Position numbers and translations under genes: made by a program | Notes under the pieces: model-generated | What the model saw: only the letters and a program-made list of their open reading frames with translations | What the model was told of the DNA's origin: nothing | The model's database searches: none | Part shown: positions 53,501 to 59,500 of the stretch, one piece after another | Layout: each line of letters starts with the position of its first letter | How positions within the stretch are numbered: the stretch's first letter is position 1 | From: Podarcis erhardii | Taxonomy: Eukaryota | Length of the DNA stretch: 64,000 bases | Reading direction: 5' to 3' (one strand) | Assembly: GCA_964252035.1 (NCBI GenBank) | Contig: OZ176200.1

Positions 53501-56500
53501 GAGATTTGTCATACTGACAGCCCAATTCTGTGCATAGTTTACCTGAAAGTGATTCCCCAGTGAGTTTACTGAGATTTCTTCTCAAGTAAGTAGGCACAAA
53601 ATTTCTGCTTAATTTTTTTTTCTTAACTAAGTGTTCAGATATGCACATGAGGAAAGTATTGGTGTAACACTACCTACCACTTTCTGCAGAAATAAAATGT
53701 CAAAAGTGTTCTGTCAGAATTGGCACCAAATACAACTTGTCAAAATAACCAAAATGGTGCCAACTTTACTCATGTAATGAGGCTTTTCTCATGTGGAACA
53801 TACGGTAACTTGAATATGATACCAGCCTCTTCCAGGTAAAACTAGTCACATTGAAAATTAATTGCTTTCCCTTTGCTTTGTGAAAGGGCATCACATACAC
53901 TGCAAGCAACGTGAGAGGGATTAAATCCTTTCACTGTGTTTGGCTCAAACAAAATGTGATTATGTTTTATGGAATATCTTGTTTCTGAACTTGCATACAA
54001 AGAGATTTGCACTGAATGTATCTAGGCATAACAAACAGCAGCATCTATAATAGCATGGTCTTGGTCTGGATTACATGTAACATGAATCCATCATATGTTG
54101 AATCAGAGTTGTTTGTTTGAATATTCAAAGCTGTAGTCAAACAGATTAAGCATCATTTGTTTTCTGGTCACAAACTATGGCACACCATGGTTTGTTGTTG
54201 GCTTTTCAGCCATAGCTTATTTTAACAAAGGTTTGTCATTTTGTCCAAACCCAGCAGCCTTGCTGCTTTACCTTGGTTCATTTGGCCATCCTGCCTGAGA
54301 CAATTGCCAAGTTACAGAGGCAGAAGGCTAGAAACAAAACATACTTTGGGAAAATAAACTGTGGCTTGCTTACTATAAGATGATATGCTGTGGTTTGTTA
54401 ACCTAGCCATGGTTTAAACAAACCATGGTTTAACTGTGTGTGTAATTATAGTCGTTCTGTGTTGCTACACTGAAGTAGCAGTTCATTAAACCTGGTGTGA
54501 GAGGAAAGGATATCAGCATTTGAGGGTTTCCCACAGGCATCTGGGTGGCCACTGTGAGAAGAGGATGCTGGACTAGATGGGCCATTGACCTGATCCAGTA
54601 GGTTCTCCTTGTCTTAGCCTCTTTTATCATTTCTGAAATCTCATTATGGGCTAGCCATGATTCAGGAATTACTTCCAGATATTCCTACATCAGTGCTTGC
54701 CCCTTTGCAGTAAAAACATAGATTATGTTCAACACAAGGGCTATTGCAACATACAAGAAGAGAGGAAGAAATAGCGGGTTTCCTCCCTTCCCACTAGAAT
54801 TTACCAACACTTGTAGTTTATGTGGGACTGAGGTACCAGTCATATGCAGTTTTTTATGTAAGAATTTCTACAGTTTGAAACATAAAGCTTTCTACAGTTC
54901 CCCCAGAAAGTCCCTCTTTTCTGTGTTGTTGTTTGTTGTTTGTTTTTGTTTTTTTTGCAAAAATATAAAAGATAATGAGATGCAGAAAAGTTATATAAAA
55001 AAATTACTTAGTGCAAGACTTAGCCTGCCTTTAAAAGCAATACAAAACTAACTCCGTGTATCTTGGATGATTCAAAATGTCAATAGTCCTGATCTTTTAT
55101 AGCTCCTACCATAAATAGAATACAGTATATGAAATGAATACCATAGTTTATTTTAAGAACCACTTTGGTTATCATTTGCATAACTTGTGTCAAAAAAATT
55201 TACCTAAGAATTCTTTAATTCTGTTTAACTGGGCAATATCCAAAGTTAGTCATACTCAGAGATGACTCATCAAAATAAATTGATGTAAGTAATTAAGTCC
55301 ATAAATTTCAGAGGGTCTACTCTGACTTCGTTGGCTATTCCCCATAGTTTGTAGATTGCACAGAGTGTGAAACCCAATTAATGTTAGATTAAGGCAAAGC
55401 AAGAGATAATCACCTATTTCTCAGAACAGATAAATTTGTAAATTGCACAAGGTGATAAAAGCCAGTGTTCAACAGCACATTTAACTCTTCCATTGAATTT
55501 AAAGGGGCTTTGTATTGTTTTTAACACTCAATTGAAAGCCGCCCAGAGTGGCTGGGGAGACTCAGCCAGATGGGCGGGGTATAAATAATAAATTATTATT
55601 GTTATTATATTACAGTGTTTGACTTTGGCTGGGTCATGGGCTGTGTTCCTTTCTGAATCTCTTTATCTTTGGCTTCTCCCTGTCAGTTCTGTTCAAGCTG
55701 TCATTCTTACTTTAGCTAAAAGGGAGCCAGTTTTTAAGCATATTATGTAAAATGGGCAATTTGCAATTTATTGTAGAAGCGAAGGTGATCTAGCCGGTGA
55801 GCCATGCAAACAGCTTTCTCTAATTATTCAAAAACACAATCTAACATTCTTAGGCATTTCCAAAATGATAAAATTACTATGCAGATATGCTGGACCTGTC
55901 CCAGTTGGGAGTGATGCAGTTTAGAACTTCTAAGCACAAAGGGATGTATTTAAATGTCCCACTATCATGGGTGTACCACATGGGCGTACACCCATGCTCA
56001 CACGTAATATATTTGTGTGCTGCGCAAACACCTATGCAATACAAACATAGTTCTAGATTAGATACCTGCCTCGCATGAGGGTGTTTGCTTGCTCTTTGAC
56101 TGATGGAAATTAGCATAATCTCAAGATAAACAAAACTTTATCCACTGTACACTATCTAAGAATCAAGCCTTAACACCCTACATGTTCCCAAAGATAACAA
56201 ATTAATAGCTTGAGGAGCTCAGTTTTCATTTTCAGAGCAAAAAGGAGCAGGTGCAACTCAGAGGGGTGTGCAAGCAATCACTTTGTGAGCTAAAGCAGAA
56301 AACCTTTAGCTTCAGTATTGCCTCATCTCTGCCTACTAAGAGGCTGGGGTGCAAAACTATGTAGAGATTTAAAGCAGAGACCAAGAATATGGGAAAGACG
56401 GAAATAATTATGGCTTGGCAATTGCAAGCATATCTGGCTAGCGCTGGAGTCCAAATGAAGTTAGAAACACCTACGGTCATCATGTGTCGGCTGCACAGAT

Positions 56501-59500
56501 GGATAGTCGTAATTTGACTGCTGCTGCTGTTGATCATACTGCTGGTCTTCATACTGGGATTGCTGGTCTTCATACTGGGATTGCTCAACCTGGGTGTTGA
56601 CTGTGGCAACAGTTAAAACAGTGAGAAAGGGACTGCAACAATTCTGCTAACTAGCAAAAGGCAATGGCACAGGATTTGACCAAACTTTAATTCATTTCTT
56701 CATTAAAAATATTTTTTCCTGGCCCATCAACTTAACAGCTAACAAGCAAAACTACATTCAAAACATCATAGGTGGGGGAACTGGCATCAGCTCAAAATAC
56801 AATTTTCAAATCATCAACCAGTCTCCTAAAGCCATTCCCTTCCTCTTTCAAAAGCCCAGCTAAACAAAGTTGCTTTTAGCATGCTGTCTGAAACCAAGAA
56901 TTGAAGGGGCTATGTGAAATTCTCAGGAAAGGGCACTCTGAAGTCTAAGCATCAGTATTTTAAAAGACCTGTCCTTTGCTTCAAACCGTGGAGGCATATT
57001 GTGCATGGGTGTCTCAGCACACAGGCAGACTCACTTACAAGTAGGCAGACCCACAGATTTGATCTCATGCTAGAAAAATGAATTTCAATAGAGACAAATG
57101 TCAGGTTCTACACTTAGGCAGAAAGAACCAGCTGCACAGGTTTAAGATGGGGGACACCTGAAAGACAGTAAAGAACGAGGTTTCATGGATAAAGAATCGT
57201 TATTTCAAAGCGAGATTATAGGTAATGATACGAAAAATTTATCAAAAATGTATAAACTGTTATTGGATTGGAATCTGGTAGATGAAGAAGTTAAGTCGGT
57301 AATGATTAGTTGGGCAAAGGATGTGGGCCACAATATACAATTTGAGGAATGGGAAAAATTATGGAAGGAGGGCTTAAAATTCACGGCATGTATGACGTTA
57401 AAAGAGAACACGATGAAGATGTTTTATAGATGGTATATGACACCGGTGAAATTGGCGAAGATGTATAAGACATGCAATAGATGCTGGAAGTGTAAGGATA
57501 AGGAGGGTACTTTCTATCACATGTGGTGGGGCTGTGGGAAGGTGAAAGACTTCTGGGAGAAAATATACAATGAGTTAAAGAAGATCTTAAAGTATACGTT
57601 CAGAAAGGAGCCAGAAGTCTTTTTACTAGGACTAATAGGAAAGGAAATAAAAAAGGAAGACTGCAAATTCTTTAGATATGCAATCACAGCCGCAAGAGTG
57701 GTATTGGCCCAGAGATGGAGACAACAGGAAATACCGACCATAGAGGATTGGAGAACAAAATTGTTAGAATACGCAGAGTTAGATAAATTGACAGGAAAGA
57801 TTAGATACTTAAGAGACCAAAAATTCATCGGGGACTGGGAGAAATATGTAGAGTATCTGGAATGTTTAAGTAAAGGAAAGATGACGCTTAAGGGATTTAA
57901 AGAAGCACTGTAAAAAAGTAATAAGTATTGATTAAAGGGAATAGGAGGAAAAGAGATAAATAATGTCAATACAAGATTGAGGAATGCGTAATGAAAGTGA
58001 TGAATACGGATGATTTACGGGACAGCTGAGGGAAGTATGAAAGAAAATGTAGTGATGAAAATGATGTGAAACTACTGTATATATATATATTATTTTTCGT
58101 TGTTGTTGTCGTTTGTCTTGTTTTATGTTTAATAATAAAAATTATATGGAAGAAAAAAAAAAAGATGGGGGACACCTAGCTTGCCAGTAGTACATGTGAA
58201 AAGGATCTAGGGGTCTTAGTAGACCACAAGCTTAGCACGAGTCAACAGTGTGATGCAGCAGTAAAAAAAAGAAAAGAAAAAGACCAATGCTATTCTAGGG
58301 TGCATCAACACAAGTATAGTGTCCTGAACAAGAGAAGTAATAGTACTGCTCTGTTCCACCTTGGTCAGACCACACCTGGAGTCTTGTGTCCAGTTCTGGG
58401 CATCTCAATTTAAGGAGAATATTGGAAAGCTGAAAGCTATGCAGAGGAGGGCAACCAAGATTAGCAAGGGCCTGGAAACAAAGCCTGATGAGAAATGGTT
58501 GAGGGAATTGGGTATGTTTAGCTTGGGAATGAGCAGGCTGAGAGGAAGGATAATAGCCTTCTTCAAGTATCTAAAGGGCTGTCGCATGGAAGATGGACCA
58601 AGCTTGTTTTCCCCTGCTCTGGAAAGTAGGACCTGAACCAATGGCTTCAAGTTACAAGAAAGGAAATTCTGGCTAAACATCAGTAAGAACTTTCTGATAG
58701 TAAGAGCTATTCAACAGAGGAACAGACTCCCTCATAAAGTTGTGGATTCTTCTTCATGGGAGGTTTTTAGGCAGAGGTTGGATGGCCATCTGGCAGGGAT
58801 GCTTTAGTTGAGATTGCAAGGGGTTGGACTAGATGACCCTCAGGGTTCCTTTCAAGTCTACAGGTCTATGATTCTACGATTATCTGTGGCTTTCCCATTT
58901 GTAAAGCACCAGATGCTTTCAGTTGTTAGAGAGTTCACTCCACTGGACAAAGCATGTGCTTTACCACTGAGCTCTGACCCTTCCCAGCAGAAGCAGAGTA
59001 TCAAGGCAGCAGACCTTTCCCACTCTCCCCCTCACGCCACACAACTGATACTCTATTCAGATTTGTACTGCATGAACATGGAGGTTCCACTTAATTATTA
59101 TGGTTAACAACCTGCTCTCCCTGACTGGTTTTCTGCTCTTCTTTCAAAGTCACCTAGGAGATGCCTTCATCTTGCAGCATCAAATTCCATAAATGTGTGT
59201 AAAGTGATGAAGGACTTTCTCTTATCTATCCTGAATCAAGTGCTAATCAGTTTCGTTGGGTAACTCCCTGTTCTGGCATGAGAGAGGGAGAAAATACCTC
59301 TCTGTGTCCACTTTCTCAACACAATCCATGCTTTTGTCAATCTCTAGAATTCACCCTTTAGTTACCTTTCTTTTCTGAAGAAAAAAGCCCCCTTCTTTTC
59401 TGAACTCACGTTTCCTGAGTGGGAAACTGCTCCAACCCATTAATCCCTTGAACTGACCTTGCCCAGTTATTGAGATAAGGTGGCCAGAACTGTGCAGAAT

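Noticed and set aside
56232-56609. ORF with SNPSMKT repeats
   Set aside because: Out-of-frame reading of exon 2; the frame compatible with exons 1 and 3 is the Q/Y-rich one
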